Sequence record: SRR31156797_1198
Length of the DNA: 64,000 bases
Reading direction: 5' to 3' (one strand)
The notes beneath the pieces are model-generated. The model made no database searches, was not told the origin of the DNA, and saw nothing but the letters and a program-made list of their open reading frames with translations. Made by a program: the position numbers and the translations under genes. This document shows, in pieces, positions 21,060-34,068 of the stretch (positions are counted from its first letter, which is position 1; the number at the start of each line of letters is the position of its first letter).

Positions 21060-22952
21060 TTAGTTAACCTTTGCAATCTTCCCTTGTTCGATATACACCA
21101 TCAAAATACTAATATCAGCTGGGTTTACTCCGCTGATACGGCTCGCTTGGGCGATGGTTTCGGGTTGGATTTTTTGCAGTTTTTGTTTGGCTTCTGTTGC
21201 CAAGCCATTGATAGCGGCATAGTCGATGTTTTCAGGAATGCGTTTGGCTTCCATCCGTTTGAGTTTCTCCACTTTTTCGAGGGCTTTTTTAATATAACCT
21301 TCGTATTTGATTTGGATCTCGACTTGTTCGATCTCTTTTGGCTTCAATGCTTCATTGGCTTCGATAAATTGCAGCATTTCCGCATACGTCACTTCAGGCC
21401 GGCGCAAGAATTCATTTGCTAAAACGCCATCTTTTAAGGTGGCCGTCCCTTTGGCAGTCAAATATGCTTGTACTTCTGGCGTTGGTTTGATGCGGATTTT
21501 AGACAAGCGTTTGATTTCTGCTTCAACAGCTTCTTTTTTCGCTACATATGCTTCGTATTGCGCTTCTGGGACGAGCCCAATTTGATGTCCCACTTCGGTC
21601 AAACGCAGATCGGCATTATCATGACGCAGCAATAAGCGGTATTCGGCACGAGAGGTCAATAAACGGTATGGTTCATTGGTTCCTTTGGTCACCAAATCAT
21701 CGATCATCACACCGATATAACCGTCGCTGCGTTTCATAATGAAAGGTTCTTTGCCTTGAATTTTCAAAGCGGCATTGATGCCGGCAATCAAGCCTTGACC
21801 GGCCGCTTCTTCATAGCCGCTGGTTCCGTTGGTTTGTCCTGCCGTAAAGAGGTTTTCGATGACTTTGGTTTCTAATGTTGGACGCAATTGATGAGGTACC
21901 ACGACATCATATTCAATGGCGTAGCCCGTCCGCATCATTTCCGCTTTTTCTAAACCTGCGATGGAATGCAGCATTTGGACTTGGACGTCTTCTGGCATAG
22001 AAGTAGAAAGCCCTTGAACATACACTTCTTCGGTGTTCAATCCTTCTGGCTCCAAGAATAGTTGGTGACGAGATTTGTCTGCAAAACGCACGATTTTGTC
22101 TTCGATGGATGGACAATAACGGGCACCTACCCCTTCGACGATCCCTGTAAACATCGGCGCCCGATGTAAATTCTGGTTGATGATTTGGTGCGTCCCTTCG
22201 TTCGTATAGGTCAACCAGCAAGGTTCTTGGTTTTGATTGTAGGCTTCATCGGGTGTGCTGTAACTAAAGTGATTCGGTTGTTCATCGCCAGGCTGGATCT
22301 CCGTTACCTCATAGTTGATGGTGCTGGATTTGACCCGCGGTGGTGTACCGGTTTTAAAACGAGCGATCTCTAGACCAAGCTCTTTCAAATGATCGGCTAA
22401 TCCAATCGATGGCTGGGAGTTGTTTGGACCAGAAGAATACTTCAACTCTCCAATGATGATCTCCCCTCGCAACGCTGTTCCTGCAGTGATCACTACAGCT
22501 TGGGCTTGGTAACGAGCGCCTGTAGAGGTCACGACGCCACGGCATTCGCCTTCTTCAACGATCAGCTTTTCAACGATCCCTTGGCGCAGTGTTAGATTGG
22601 CTTCTTTTTCGATCGTTCGTTTCATTTCAGCCGCATAGGCATGTTTATCGGCTTGCGCCCGCAAAGCCCGCACTGCGGGACCTTTTCCTGTATTGAGCAT
22701 CCGCATTTGGATGTAGGTTTTATCGATATTTTTGCCCATTTCTCCGCCTAAAGCATCGATTTCGCGCACCACGACGCCTTTTGCTGGTCCGCCGACGGAG
22801 GGATTACAAGGCATGAATGCGACCATGTCTAAGTTGATGGTCAGTAAAAGGGTTTTTGCCCCCATTCGGCTGGCTGCTAAGGCAGCTTCTGATCCGGCAT
22901 GGCCGGCACCAACAACGATCACGTCATAACTTTCTGCTTGATATTCTTGCAT
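21060..22952 (-). CDS. mnmG: tRNA U34 carboxymethylaminomethyl modification enzyme MnmG (GidA)
   Basis: [38 protein letters not shown]. Confidence 0.97.
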   Translation of the reverse strand: MQEYQAESYDVIVVGAGHAGSEAALAASRMGAKTLLLTINLDMVAFMPCNPSVGGPAKGVVVREIDALGGEMGKNIDKTYIQMRMLNTGKGPAVRALRAQADKHAYAAEMKRTIEKEANLTLRQGIVEKLIVEEGECRGVVTSTGARYQAQAVVITAGTALRGEIIIGELKYSSGPNNSQPSIGLADHLKELGLEIARFKTGTPPRVKSSTINYEVTEIQPGDEQPNHFSYSTPDEAYNQNQEPCWLTYTNEGTHQIINQNLHRAPMFTGIVEGVGARYCPSIEDKIVRFADKSRHQLFLEPEGLNTEEVYVQGLSTSMPEDVQVQMLHSIAGLEKAEMMRTGYAIEYDVVVPHQLRPTLETKVIENLFTAGQTNGTSGYEEAAGQGLIAGINAALKIQGKEPFIMKRSDGYIGVMIDDLVTKGTNEPYRLLTSRAEYRLLLRHDNADLRLTEVGHQIGLVPEAQYEAYVAKKEAVEAEIKRLSKIRIKPTPEVQAYLTAKGTATLKDGVLANEFLRRPEVTYAEMLQFIEANEALKPKEIEQVEIQIKYEGYIKKALEKVEKLKRMEAKRIPENIDYAAINGLATEAKQKLQKIQPETIAQASRISGVNPADISILMVYIEQGKIAKVN

Positions 22953-22985
22953 GGTGTTCTCCTTTTTACGCCAGTGGCGCATTCT

Positions 22986-24383
22986 TTATTTTCCTAAACA
23001 AAACTGACTAAATAATTGGGTGATCAACTCATCTTGGACACTGTCGCCGACAACTTCTCCTAGATAGTCCCAGCAGCGTGTCATATCGATTTGAACCAAG
23101 TCGACAGGCATTCCTGCTTCGATCCCTTGGATGACCTCAGACAACGACTGAACGGCATTTTCTAATAAGGCAATGTGGCGGGTGTTAGAAAGATAGGAAG
23201 CATCCTTGTCGGTGGTTTTCCCCCCAAAGAATAGATCGGCAATGGCTTGTTCCAGTTGATCCAAGCCTTCGTTGGTCAATACAGAGACAGAAAAAATCGG
23301 TTCATCTGCTGCGTACTGCGCTAATTCAGCGGGCGCTAGTTTTGGCTCAAGGTCGGTCTTATTCAATAAGATGATCCGACGGCTGCCAGCAGTCAGCTCC
23401 AGCAATTGTTTGTCTTCCTGGGTCAATCCTTCGCTTTGGTTGAGAACCAGCAAAATCAACTCCGCTTCTGCCAGTGCTTTGCGGCTGCGTTCGACCCCGA
23501 TTTTCTCAACGACATCTTCCGTTTCGCGGATACCAGCCGTATCGATCAGTTTCAACGGTACCCCGCGAACATTGACATACTCTTCAATGACATCTCGAGT
23601 CGTACCAGCAATGTCTGTTACGATAGCTTTTTCTTCCCTTAATAAATGGTTCAATAAGCTGGATTTACCGACATTCGGCCGACCGATGATCGCAGTACTC
23701 AGACCTTCTCGCAAAATTTTTCCTTGTTGGGCAGTTGCTAATAAGGCTTGGATCTGCCCTTTGACCATCGTGGCCTTTTCTAACAATAAGCGGGTCGTCA
23801 ATTCTTCCACATCATCGTATTCAGGGTAATCGATATTCACTTCAACTTGCGCCAACGTCTCTAAGATCTCTTGGCGTAAGGTCCGAATCAAGTGGGAAAG
23901 ATTGCCATCCAGCTGATTGACAGCGAGATTCATCGCCTTATCGGTCTTAGCACGAATCAGGTCCATCACCGCCTCGGCTTGAGAAAGATCAACCCGTCCA
24001 TTTAAAAAGGCCCGCTTCGTGAATTCCCCCGGCTCAGCCAAACGTGCGCCTTGTCGTAAAACCAGTTGCAAGAGTTGATTGACGACAACGATCCCGCCGT
24101 GACAGTTGATCTCAACGACATCTTCTCGGGTAAAGGTCCGCGGCTTTTTCATCACTGAAAGCATCACTTCATCCATCAAACGGTTTTCTTCTGGGTCCAC
24201 GATATGACCATAATGAATCGTATGACTAGGGACTTGGGCGAGGGTTTTAGTGCCTGCTTGAAAAATCCGATCCGCAATTGCGATTGCTTCTTCCCCGCTT
24301 AATCGCACAATACTGATGGCCCCTTCGCCTGGCGGGGTGGAAATTGCGGCAATCGTATCAAATTCTTGCGTAATATTCGCCAT
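22986..24383 (-). CDS. mnmE: tRNA modification GTPase MnmE
   Basis: [26 protein letters not shown]-terminal FCLGK. Confidence 0.97.
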   Translation of the reverse strand: MANITQEFDTIAAISTPPGEGAISIVRLSGEEAIAIADRIFQAGTKTLAQVPSHTIHYGHIVDPEENRLMDEVMLSVMKKPRTFTREDVVEINCHGGIVVVNQLLQLVLRQGARLAEPGEFTKRAFLNGRVDLSQAEAVMDLIRAKTDKAMNLAVNQLDGNLSHLIRTLRQEILETLAQVEVNIDYPEYDDVEELTTRLLLEKATMVKGQIQALLATAQQGKILREGLSTAIIGRPNVGKSSLLNHLLREEKAIVTDIAGTTRDVIEEYVNVRGVPLKLIDTAGIRETEDVVEKIGVERSRKALAEAELILLVLNQSEGLTQEDKQLLELTAGSRRIILLNKTDLEPKLAPAELAQYAADEPIFSVSVLTNEGLDQLEQAIADLFFGGKTTDKDASYLSNTRHIALLENAVQSLSEVIQGIEAGMPVDLVQIDMTRCWDYLGEVVGDSVQDELITQLFSQFCLGK

Positions 24384-24411
24384 GTTGCATGCTCCTCCTA
24401 TTTTTTCACAT

Positions 24412-24536
24412 AAAAAAAGTGCCCACTCCACCCGTCAAATTGATTGAAAATCAATAAAAACGAGTAGACTTAGCACTTTGACTGCTTGTCAATTAAATTC
24501 TGGAAATAGATTAGCACATTTTTGCGCGAGTCGCAA
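24412..24536 (-). promoter_or_regulatory. mnmE promoter and structured leader ending in a U-run
   Basis: TTGCGA-17 nt-TAATCT (extended TG); long imperfect hairpin AAAGTGC../..GCACTTTTTTT upstream of the RBS. Confidence 0.5.
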
Positions 24537-24621
24537 GCTTCCTTCAAAAACTTTTAAATTTTGCATCTGTCCGCAAAAACCTTTAAAATAAAAGCAAAGA
24601 ATAAGAAAAGAGGGATCTATT

Positions 24622-24951
24622 ATGGAAACCATCAAATCATCAAACAGTGCTGCCCGCATTAAAGAAATCATTTTATCGACAGGAAACGTGAATCGGCCTT
24701 ATGTCGTGCGGGATATCGTCTTTGCGGCAGACAAAATCGAAGTAGATCTATTTGATACATCTGTGAATTTGAACGATCTTTTGGCAGATGTGACCTATCG
24801 CTTAAAAGAAACAGCTCACAGCTACGGTGCGAATGCAGTGATCAACTGTCATTTCGAACACGACCGCATCGTCGAAGGCGACAAAACCTACCTTGAGATC
24901 TTTGCCTATGGTACGGTGGTTCAATTTACTCAATCAACCATTGGCGGCTAA
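24622..24951 (+). CDS. YbjQ-like putative heavy-metal-binding domain protein
   Basis: ILSTG..V, AHSYGANAVIN, FAYGTVV motifs. Confidence 0.7.
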   Translation: METIKSSNSAARIKEIILSTGNVNRPYVVRDIVFAADKIEVDLFDTSVNLNDLLADVTYRLKETAHSYGANAVINCHFEHDRIVEGDKTYLEIFAYGTVVQFTQSTIGG

Positions 24952-24975
24952 TTGCCCCTTTGAACAACGAAATAC

Positions 24976-25008
24976 AAAAAAGAGTCCGCGGCATACGGAC
25001 TCTTTTTT
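24976..25008. terminator. Bidirectional terminator
   Basis: AAAAAAGAGTCCG/CGGACTCTTTTTT. Confidence 0.8.
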
Positions 25009-25062
25009 GATACCAAAGGCTGACCTACGTAACGTATGTTGACTTTGATAAGAATGATTTCT
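24976..25062 (-). ncRNA. Candidate ~85-nt small RNA
   Basis: TTGACA (25096-25091)-17 nt-TATCCT (25073-25068) pointing into the terminator; no RBS-led ORF. Confidence 0.35.
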
Positions 25063-25153
25063 AGTCAAGGATACTTGGTTTTAAATTTGTTGTCAATCGC
25101 TTTTTCCCATCAAAAAAGGGAAAGGCTTGTCAGACCGCCTTTCCCTTTTTTCA

Positions 25154-25912
25154 TTAAATTCGTTTGTCCGCAGGTTCCACTACTAAGTAGCGATACGGTT
25201 CATCCCCTTCAGAATGAGTTTGAACATACGCATCTTTACTCAATACGGAATGGATCTGCTTTCTTTCAAACGCCGGCATCGGCTCTAAAAAGACCGGGCG
25301 GCCTGTTCGTTTGACTTTTTCAGCAGTACGGCTGGCCAAACGTTCTAAGATCGCTTGACGTTTTTCACGGTAATCCCCGACATTCACAACGATCGACAAT
25401 TTGTTTTTCGCGATGCGATGAATATAAACTTGCGCCAAATATTGCAGTGCATTCAAGGTTTTGCCGTGCTTCCCAATCAAAATGCCTTGTTTTTGCGTTT
25501 CTAAATGAAAGACGATCACGCCGTCTTGACGAGCGGTTTTTACTAAGGCAGGTGCATTCAATGCTTTTGAAATATTTGTCAGATAGAGTCCCAACTGAGC
25601 CAGTGCTTCCTCATCTGAAAGATCCGTCAGCAAAACAGGTTCGCTCGCGGCCGCCTCCATCACACTGCTTGCATCCTCTGTCGTCACAGGATCTGGTTCT
25701 ACCAGCGGTTTTGCTGGTACTTCTTCAACGGGTGCCGGTTCTTCAACGATTCTTTTTTCAATGGAGACCCGTGCTTGTTTTTTTCCTAGCCCCAAGAAGC
25801 CTTTTTTTCCTTCATCCAGGACTTCGATTACTGCTTGATCTTTGGTGATACCAAGGACTTGCAATCCCTCTTGAATTGCTTCAGCTACTGTCAGATTTTC
25901 ATAAATCGGCAT
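25154..25912 (-). CDS. jag: RNA-binding cell elongation regulator Jag/EloR (KhpB)
   Basis: Jag_N (GKKGFLGLGKK), KH (LIGKHG), R3H (ERKQIH). Confidence 0.93.
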   Translation of the reverse strand: MPIYENLTVAEAIQEGLQVLGITKDQAVIEVLDEGKKGFLGLGKKQARVSIEKRIVEEPAPVEEVPAKPLVEPDPVTTEDASSVMEAAASEPVLLTDLSDEEALAQLGLYLTNISKALNAPALVKTARQDGVIVFHLETQKQGILIGKHGKTLNALQYLAQVYIHRIAKNKLSIVVNVGDYREKRQAILERLASRTAEKVKRTGRPVFLEPMPAFERKQIHSVLSKDAYVQTHSEGDEPYRYLVVEPADKRI

Positions 25913-25929
25913 TGCAGTGCAACCTCCTC

Positions 25930-26754
25930 TTATTTTTTCCGTTTCTTTTTAGGACTCATTGCTTTTTTCAGGGCTCGTTCACGCTCGCGTTCTTTGCGGG
26001 CGGCTTCTTCTCTTTCTTGGCGAATCTTGAATGGGTTATTTAAGATCATTGTTTGCAAGACTTGGAATGCATTAGAAACAACCCAGTACAAGGAAAGACC
26101 GCTGGCAATGTTGATCCCCATCAGTAAGATCATCATCGGCATAGCGAAATTCATGATTTTCAAACTCGCATTTGATTCCACTTGGCTCATACTTGATAAG
26201 TAGGTACTTGCAAAAGTAAAGAGCGCCGCTAAAATCGGCAAGATGAAGTATGGGTCACGATCACCCAGCTGCAGCCATAAGAATTTTCCTTCTTGCAGAG
26301 CAGGAACCCGTGAGATCGATTGCCACAAGGCCATCAAAATCGGCATTTGTACCAATAATGGTAGACAGCCGGCATAGGGATTGACATTGTTTTCCGCATA
26401 CAAACGTTGTGTTTCTTCTTTTAACTTGCTTTGTGTTTCTGTATCTTTTGACGCATATTGCTGCTGCAGCGCTTTTAGCTTCGGTTGTAATTCTTGCGTT
26501 TTGCGCATGCTTTTGGTTTGAAAGTGCATCAACGGCATCAAAATGACCCGGATGATCAATGTAAAGAGGATGATCCCGATCCCGGCATTGCCGAAGGAGA
26601 GGGCTTTGATCGCCTCTGCAAAATAATAAACGATGTAACGATCCCATAGACCGGTACTTTGTGCATTTACTTCACCTGTTGCACCGCAGGCAGATAAGAC
26701 AACTACTAATGAGAGAACTCCCAAAAATAGTAAGACGCGTTTCCCTTTTTTCAC
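25930..26754 (-). CDS. yidC: Membrane protein insertase YidC/SpoIIIJ
   Basis: Lipobox LSAC, GCLPLLVQMP, LSLYWVVSN. Confidence 0.95.
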   Translation of the reverse strand: MKKGKRVLLFLGVLSLVVVLSACGATGEVNAQSTGLWDRYIVYYFAEAIKALSFGNAGIGIILFTLIIRVILMPLMHFQTKSMRKTQELQPKLKALQQQYASKDTETQSKLKEETQRLYAENNVNPYAGCLPLLVQMPILMALWQSISRVPALQEGKFLWLQLGDRDPYFILPILAALFTFASTYLSSMSQVESNASLKIMNFAMPMMILLMGINIASGLSLYWVVSNAFQVLQTMILNNPFKIRQEREEAARKERERERALKKAMSPKKKRKK

Positions 26755-26772
26755 GTAACTAATTCCTTTCCA

Positions 26773-27108
26773 TTAATGAATAATTTTGGCAAGCTTTAAG
26801 ACATGCTCTAAATTCGAGTAGATTTCCTTTGAGGAACAAGTGGCGATACTTGGACGGGCGATCACAATAAAATCGATCGCTGGTTCGATTCGCGGCTTCA
26901 TTTCCGTTAAGCTCGCACGAATCTTACGTTTGACCTCATTTCGCTTCACTGCATTACCGACTTTTTTTCCTACAGATAAACCAACTCGAAAATGTGATTG
27001 CTCTTTAGGTAAGACATACACCACGAACTTCCGATTTGCAAAAGAATTTCCTGCCTGAAAAACTTTTTGAAAATCTTGCTCTGTTTTTACTCGATAGGAT
27101 TTTCTCAT
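26773..27108 (-). CDS. rnpA: RNase P protein component
   Basis: RVGLSVGKKVGNAVKRNEVKR. Confidence 0.95.
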   Translation of the reverse strand: MRKSYRVKTEQDFQKVFQAGNSFANRKFVVYVLPKEQSHFRVGLSVGKKVGNAVKRNEVKRKIRASLTEMKPRIEPAIDFIVIARPSIATCSSKEIYSNLEHVLKLAKIIH

Positions 27109-27255
27109 CTTCGGTTCCTTCACTTCTTTCAATTAAGCTTCGCGAAACGGATTGAATCCGTAACCACTCACCTGTCAATAATACCATATTTGCCAAAAGT
27201 CAGACACTATATTCCGCAAAAACGGCATAAAAAAAAACCACTGGCATTCAGTGGC

Positions 27256-27390
27256 TTACGCAGAAATAACCTTTCTGCCTTTACGACGACGGCTAGCTAA
27301 AACACGACGTCCATTTTTTGTACTCATACGTTTACGGAATCCGTGAACTTTTTGACGTTTACGTTTATTTGGTTGATACGTTCTTTTCAT
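27256..27390 (-). CDS. rpmH: 50S ribosomal protein L34 (absent from ORF track)
   Basis: Hand translation [52 protein letters not shown]. Confidence 0.97.
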   Translation of the reverse strand: MKRTYQPNKRKRQKVHGFRKRMSTKNGRRVLASRRRKGRKVISA

Positions 27391-27499
27391 TTATTTCCAC
27401 CTCCATCAGGATAATGCTTATGCGCACAGACATACTTTGATAGTATAACGAGTCAAGTACTAGTTTGTCAATAAGAAGTTTGCTCAAAATCGACCATTC

Positions 27500-27850
27500 T
27501 TTATCCACAATTCCCTTGATTTGTGTGGGTTTGCTGTTTACAGCTAATTTTTGTGGATAACTTTTTCCCCAGAGTTATTTTGACTTTTTCCACAAACAAA
27601 CAGCCTGTAGAAAAGTTTTCCACAATCGCTTTTCCAGCTGTTGATAACTGCCCTAAAACCTAGTATTATCAAGGCGTAATCTTCACATAGATCTGTGGAT
27701 AAGAGAGATTTTTTTCTAGTTATGCACATTCTTTTTCTACCTGTGGATAGTGCATTTTCGAACATGTGCATTTCCTTTTTTCTTTTATCCCGTTTTGTGG
27801 AAAAGTATTTTTTTCTAACCTTTTTTATCGTAATCTGTGGAAAACTTTTT
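27500..27850. other. oriC DnaA-box cluster upstream of dnaA
   Basis: Perfect boxes at 27501-27509, 27552-27560 and 27694-27702 plus several one-mismatch boxes (TTTTCCACA, TGTGGAAAA, TGTGGATAG, TTATGCACA). Confidence 0.92.
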
Positions 27851-27901
27851 CAATCCGTGCTATTTTAGTTATATCTATTCTTAGTTATAGGAGGACAATT
27901 T

Positions 27902-29239
27902 ATGCCATCTGCTGATTCTATTTGGCAAGATCTTCAACGTTCCTTTAAAGAAGAGCTGAATCCGGCCAGTTATAGTGCTTGGATCGAGACTGCCAATGTC
28001 TTGTCGTTTGAAAAAAATCAGCTGCTGATCGAAGTACCCAGCGATCTTCATAAATCTTATTGGGAAAAAAATCTAGCTGCCAAAATTGTTGAAATGGGAT
28101 TTATGAAAACTGGTGAAGAATTGATTCCTAGTTTTGTGACTGTCGAAGAAGCAGAAGCTTTAAAAACAGCCCCTTCTACTATTCAAACAGCTGCAAAAGA
28201 AAACGAGCGGCCGCCGAAATCGATCTTAAATGAAAAATACACATTTGATACCTTTGTCATCGGGAAAGGCAATCAGATGGCCCACGCTGCTGCTTTAGTT
28301 GTTGCAGAAGATCCTGGGTCTATTTATAATCCGCTGTTCTTCTATGGTGGCGTTGGTTTAGGGAAAACCCACTTGATGCATGCGATCGGTCATCAAATGT
28401 TGCTGAAACGTCCCAATGCCAAAATCAAGTATGTTAGTAGTGAAAATTTCACCAATGATTTCATTACTTCTATTCAAAAGAACAAAATGGAAGATTTTCG
28501 AAACGAATACCGCAATGTTGATCTTTTGCTGGTGGATGATATTCAATTCTTAGTCAATAAAGAAGGAACCCAAGAAGAATTCTTTAATACCTTCGAAGAA
28601 CTGTATCGCAATAATAAACAGATCGTCCTGACAAGTGATCGTTTGCCAAATGAGATCCCGACTTTGCCGGAACGTTTGGTTTCCCGTTTTGCTTGGGGCT
28701 TATCCGTTGATATCACCCCGCCGGATCTAGAGACGCGGACTGCGATTTTGCGGAAAAAAGCCGAAGCCGAACGCTTGGAGATCCCCGACGATACCTTAAG
28801 TTATATCGCTGGGCAGATCGATTCGAATATCCGAGAACTTGAAGGAGCACTCGTGCGGGTGCAAGCTTTTGCTACGATGCAAAACTCAGACATTACAACG
28901 AGCTTGGCAGCTGAAGCCATCAAAGCCTTGAAATCAAGCCATGGCTCGACCCAAGTTTCGATTTTGCAAATCCAAGAAGAAGTCGCAAAATACTATCACA
29001 TTCATGTCAATGATTTAAAAGGGAAAAAACGGGTCAAAGGCATCGTGGTCCCACGGCAGATCGCGATGTATCTCTCTCGAGAACTGACCGATAGTTCTTT
29101 ACCAAAAATCGGCGGCGAATTTGGCGGCAAAGACCATACAACGGTCATTCATGCCCATGAAAAAATTCAGCATTTAGTCGAAACAGATCCCACGATCAAA
29201 AATGAGATCGCTGAAATCAAACAAATCCTCTTCAGCTGA
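27902..29239 (+). CDS. dnaA: Chromosomal replication initiator DnaA
   Basis: [36 protein letters not shown]. Confidence 0.98.
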   Translation: MPSADSIWQDLQRSFKEELNPASYSAWIETANVLSFEKNQLLIEVPSDLHKSYWEKNLAAKIVEMGFMKTGEELIPSFVTVEEAEALKTAPSTIQTAAKENERPPKSILNEKYTFDTFVIGKGNQMAHAAALVVAEDPGSIYNPLFFYGGVGLGKTHLMHAIGHQMLLKRPNAKIKYVSSENFTNDFITSIQKNKMEDFRNEYRNVDLLLVDDIQFLVNKEGTQEEFFNTFEELYRNNKQIVLTSDRLPNEIPTLPERLVSRFAWGLSVDITPPDLETRTAILRKKAEAERLEIPDDTLSYIAGQIDSNIRELEGALVRVQAFATMQNSDITTSLAAEAIKALKSSHGSTQVSILQIQEEVAKYYHIHVNDLKGKKRVKGIVVPRQIAMYLSRELTDSSLPKIGGEFGGKDHTTVIHAHEKIQHLVETDPTIKNEIAEIKQILFS

Positions 29240-29385
29240 TCTGTGGATAAGAAAAGAAGAACCAAAAAAGTTGTCCACAAGTTATTCACAGGCATTTTCG
29301 TTAGTCTAATCACTCTTTTCTCGAGTTATCCACATTACTAACAAGCCTATTACTACTATTACTTTTATTTAATAACTATAAATTA
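29240..29385. other. oriC unwinding region between dnaA and dnaN
   Basis: Boxes TGTGGATAA 29242, TTGTCCACA 29271, TTATTCACA 29282, TTATCCACA 29326; trios CTA-TTA-CTA-CTA-TTA (29347-29361); AT-rich tract. Confidence 0.9.
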
Positions 29386-29398
29386 AAGGAGTATCGCT

Positions 29399-30529
29399 AT
29401 GAAGCTAACTTTAAACCGAACAGAGTTCATGCAAGAATTACAAACTGTCCAACGGGCGATTTCAACCAAAACCACCATCCCGATCTTAACTGGAGTAAAA
29501 TTATCCCTTTCAGAAAAAGGATTGACCATGACTGGGAGCAACGCCGATATTTCAATTGAAACCTTTTTAAGTGTGGAAAACGAAAAAGCGCAAATGCAAA
29601 TCGAAAAAACAGGAGCGATCGTTTTACAAGCACGTTTCTTCAGCGAAATTGTTCGTCGTTTGCCTGAAAGTACCTTAACGTTAGAAGTTTTAGACAATAA
29701 TCAAGTAGCGATCACTTCTGGAAAAGCCAACTTTACCGTCAACGGTTTGGATGCCGATAGTTATCCACATTTACCAGTTGTCGAAAGTCAAGATTCGATC
29801 GAGATTCCAGCGCATGTATTAAATAAGGTCGTTAGTGAAACAGTCTTTGCGGTTTCGCAACACGAAAGCCGTCCGATCTTGACTGGGGTCCACTTTGTCT
29901 TAGAAAATCAAAAATTATTAGCTGTTGCGACGGACTCACACCGTTTGAGCCAACGGGTGATTCCATTGGAAAGCGGAGAAACAGCCTTCAATATCGTGAT
30001 TCCCGGCAAAAGCCTAACGGAACTTTCTCGTTCTTTAACAGATGAAGAAGAAGCGATCCAAATCAGCATTATGGATAACCAAGTATTGTTCCAAACGAAA
30101 ACTATGAAATTCTATTCTCGTTTATTGGAAGGAACTTACCCAGATACCAACCGTCTGATCCCTTCAAGCTTCAATACTGAAATTGAATTTTCTGTGCCAG
30201 AATTGTTACAGGCTATCGAACGGGCGTCATTGCTTTCCCATGAAGGCCGTAACAACATCGTTCGTTTGGCGATCTCCGAGGAAGCTGTTGTCTTATATGG
30301 AAACTCACCAGAAATCGGGAAAGTGGAAGAAGACCTTTCTTTTGAAAAAGTGACCGGCGACCCATTAGAGATCTCTTTCAATCCTGATTATATGAAAGCT
30401 GCACTACGAGCATTTGGTGACACCAGCATCGTGATCCGCTTTATCTCAGCGATCCGTCCCTTTACGTTGGAGCCAACAGAGAGCAAAGGCAGCTTTATCC
30501 AGCTGATCACACCGGTGCGCACCAACTAG
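29399..30529 (+). CDS. dnaN: DNA polymerase III beta clamp
   Basis: TTIPILTG, VATDSHRLS, SRLLEGTYP, LITPVR. Confidence 0.97.
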   Translation: MKLTLNRTEFMQELQTVQRAISTKTTIPILTGVKLSLSEKGLTMTGSNADISIETFLSVENEKAQMQIEKTGAIVLQARFFSEIVRRLPESTLTLEVLDNNQVAITSGKANFTVNGLDADSYPHLPVVESQDSIEIPAHVLNKVVSETVFAVSQHESRPILTGVHFVLENQKLLAVATDSHRLSQRVIPLESGETAFNIVIPGKSLTELSRSLTDEEEAIQISIMDNQVLFQTKTMKFYSRLLEGTYPDTNRLIPSSFNTEIEFSVPELLQAIERASLLSHEGRNNIVRLAISEEAVVLYGNSPEIGKVEEDLSFEKVTGDPLEISFNPDYMKAALRAFGDTSIVIRFISAIRPFTLEPTESKGSFIQLITPVRTN

Positions 30530-30751
30530 TTTTTCATGTCTTTTGAAAAAAGTTGAAACAATCATCTGAAAATGAATAAATGAGTTAAAAGGGCTTAAAA
30601 TCGTTTTTAAGCCCTTTTTTCTATTTTGGCTTCTTTTTTGTCTAAAAGCAGTAAGTCTTCTGAGAATGAAAAATATGCCGATGAATTTGTTTTCTTGGCA
30701 AAAAAAGAGTATAATAGAGCTAAACGCTCTTTGATAGAATTGAGGGGAATT

Positions 30752-30991
30752 ATGAAAATGCAAATACCGTTAGAAACGGAATATATGACACTTGGACAAA
30801 TGCTCAAAGAAGTCAGTGTGATCAGCAGCGGCGGCCAAGCGAAATGGTACCTTGCAGAGCACACCGTTTTTGTCGACGGCGAGCCGGAAAATCGACGAGG
30901 GCGCAAATTGTATGCGGGAATGCGTGTTGAGCTACCTGATGAAGGTACTTTTTTTATGGTGAAGAAGGAAGACGCAGATGCGGCTGAATGA
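30752..30991 (+). CDS. yaaA: S4 domain protein YaaA
   Basis: YMTLGQMLK..SGGQAKWYL..ENRRGRKL; between dnaN and recF; start may be 30758. Confidence 0.9.
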   Translation: MKMQIPLETEYMTLGQMLKEVSVISSGGQAKWYLAEHTVFVDGEPENRRGRKLYAGMRVELPDEGTFFMVKKEDADAAE

Positions 30992-32090
30992 GTTGCATTT
31001 AAGCAATTATCGGAACTATGATTCGCTGACACTGACTTTTGAGAAAGGTCTGGTCATTTTTTTAGGCGAAAATGCGCAAGGAAAAACCAATATTTTAGAA
31101 AGTATCTATGTATTGGCGATGACCAAAAGCCACCGCACCTCCAGCGAGCAAGAACTTATCCGTTGGGACACGGAAGGTGCGCGGATCTCTGGCAGTGTCA
31201 GTCGGGGACGCTCAACGATCCCGTTAGAACTGTTTTTGTCAAAAAAAGGACGAAAAACGAAAGTAAACCACATTGAGCAAAAAAAGCTCAGTAGTTACAT
31301 AGGGCAGCTGAATGTCATTTTATTTGCTCCAGAAGACCTCTCCCTTGTAAAAGGAAGTCCCCAAGTCCGCCGCAAATTTCTCGATATGGAAATTGGGCAG
31401 ATCGATCCAATTTATCTCTATGATCTCGTTCAATACCAATCCGTTTTGAAACAGCGCAATCAATACTTAAAACAGCTGAATGAAAAAAAACAGACCGATG
31501 AGATCTATTTAGATGTTTTGACGGAACAGCTGGTGGCTTTCGGCAGTAAAATCATTTTAGCCAGACAACGGTTTGTTCAGCGCTTGGCGTATTGGGCAAA
31601 TCAGCTGCACCAAAAGATCAGCCAAGGAAAAGAAACCTTGCAGATCGACTATTTATCAAATGTGCCCGGTGAGGCGACCTCGCTGGAGGAGATCCAACAG
31701 CAATTTGTCAAAGCCTTGGCACAAGTCAAAGACCGTGAACGATTTCGGCAAGTCACGTTGGCAGGCCCCCATCGAGACGATCTGGATTTTTTGATCAATG
31801 AGAAAAATGTTCAGACCTTTGGTTCGCAAGGACAGCAGCGAACAACGGCCCTAAGTGTCAAATTGGCAGAAATCGATTTGATGAAAGAAGAAACAGGGGA
31901 ATATCCCGTCCTTTTATTAGATGATGTCATGAGTGAGCTGGATGATTCCCGACAACTGCATTTATTGGAAACCATTGAAGGAAAAGTTCAGACCTTTCTG
32001 ACAACAACGACATTAGAACATGTAAAAGACAAAATGTCTGTGGAAGCAGAGATTTTTTATGTAGAGCAAGGACATATTAAAGGAGAATAG
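30978..32090 (+). CDS. recF: DNA replication/repair protein RecF
   Basis: GENAQGKTN, GPHRDD, GSQGQQR, LLLDDVMSELD. Confidence 0.97.
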   Translation: MRLNELHLSNYRNYDSLTLTFEKGLVIFLGENAQGKTNILESIYVLAMTKSHRTSSEQELIRWDTEGARISGSVSRGRSTIPLELFLSKKGRKTKVNHIEQKKLSSYIGQLNVILFAPEDLSLVKGSPQVRRKFLDMEIGQIDPIYLYDLVQYQSVLKQRNQYLKQLNEKKQTDEIYLDVLTEQLVAFGSKIILARQRFVQRLAYWANQLHQKISQGKETLQIDYLSNVPGEATSLEEIQQQFVKALAQVKDRERFRQVTLAGPHRDDLDFLINEKNVQTFGSQGQQRTTALSVKLAEIDLMKEETGEYPVLLLDDVMSELDDSRQLHLLETIEGKVQTFLTTTTLEHVKDKMSVEAEIFYVEQGHIKGE

Positions 32091-32095
32091 ACTGA

Positions 32096-34045
<1,950 letters not shown>

Positions 34046-34068
34046 CCAATCGTAGAGGAGGAAACAGC

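Noticed and set aside
24470-24517. Leader peptide with AAG/CAG codons upstream of mnmE as a tRNA-modification sensor
   Set aside because: Its GTG start lies within the predicted promoter and has no RBS
27759-27772. SOS box upstream of dnaA (CGAACATGTGCA)
   Set aside because: Right half does not match GTTC
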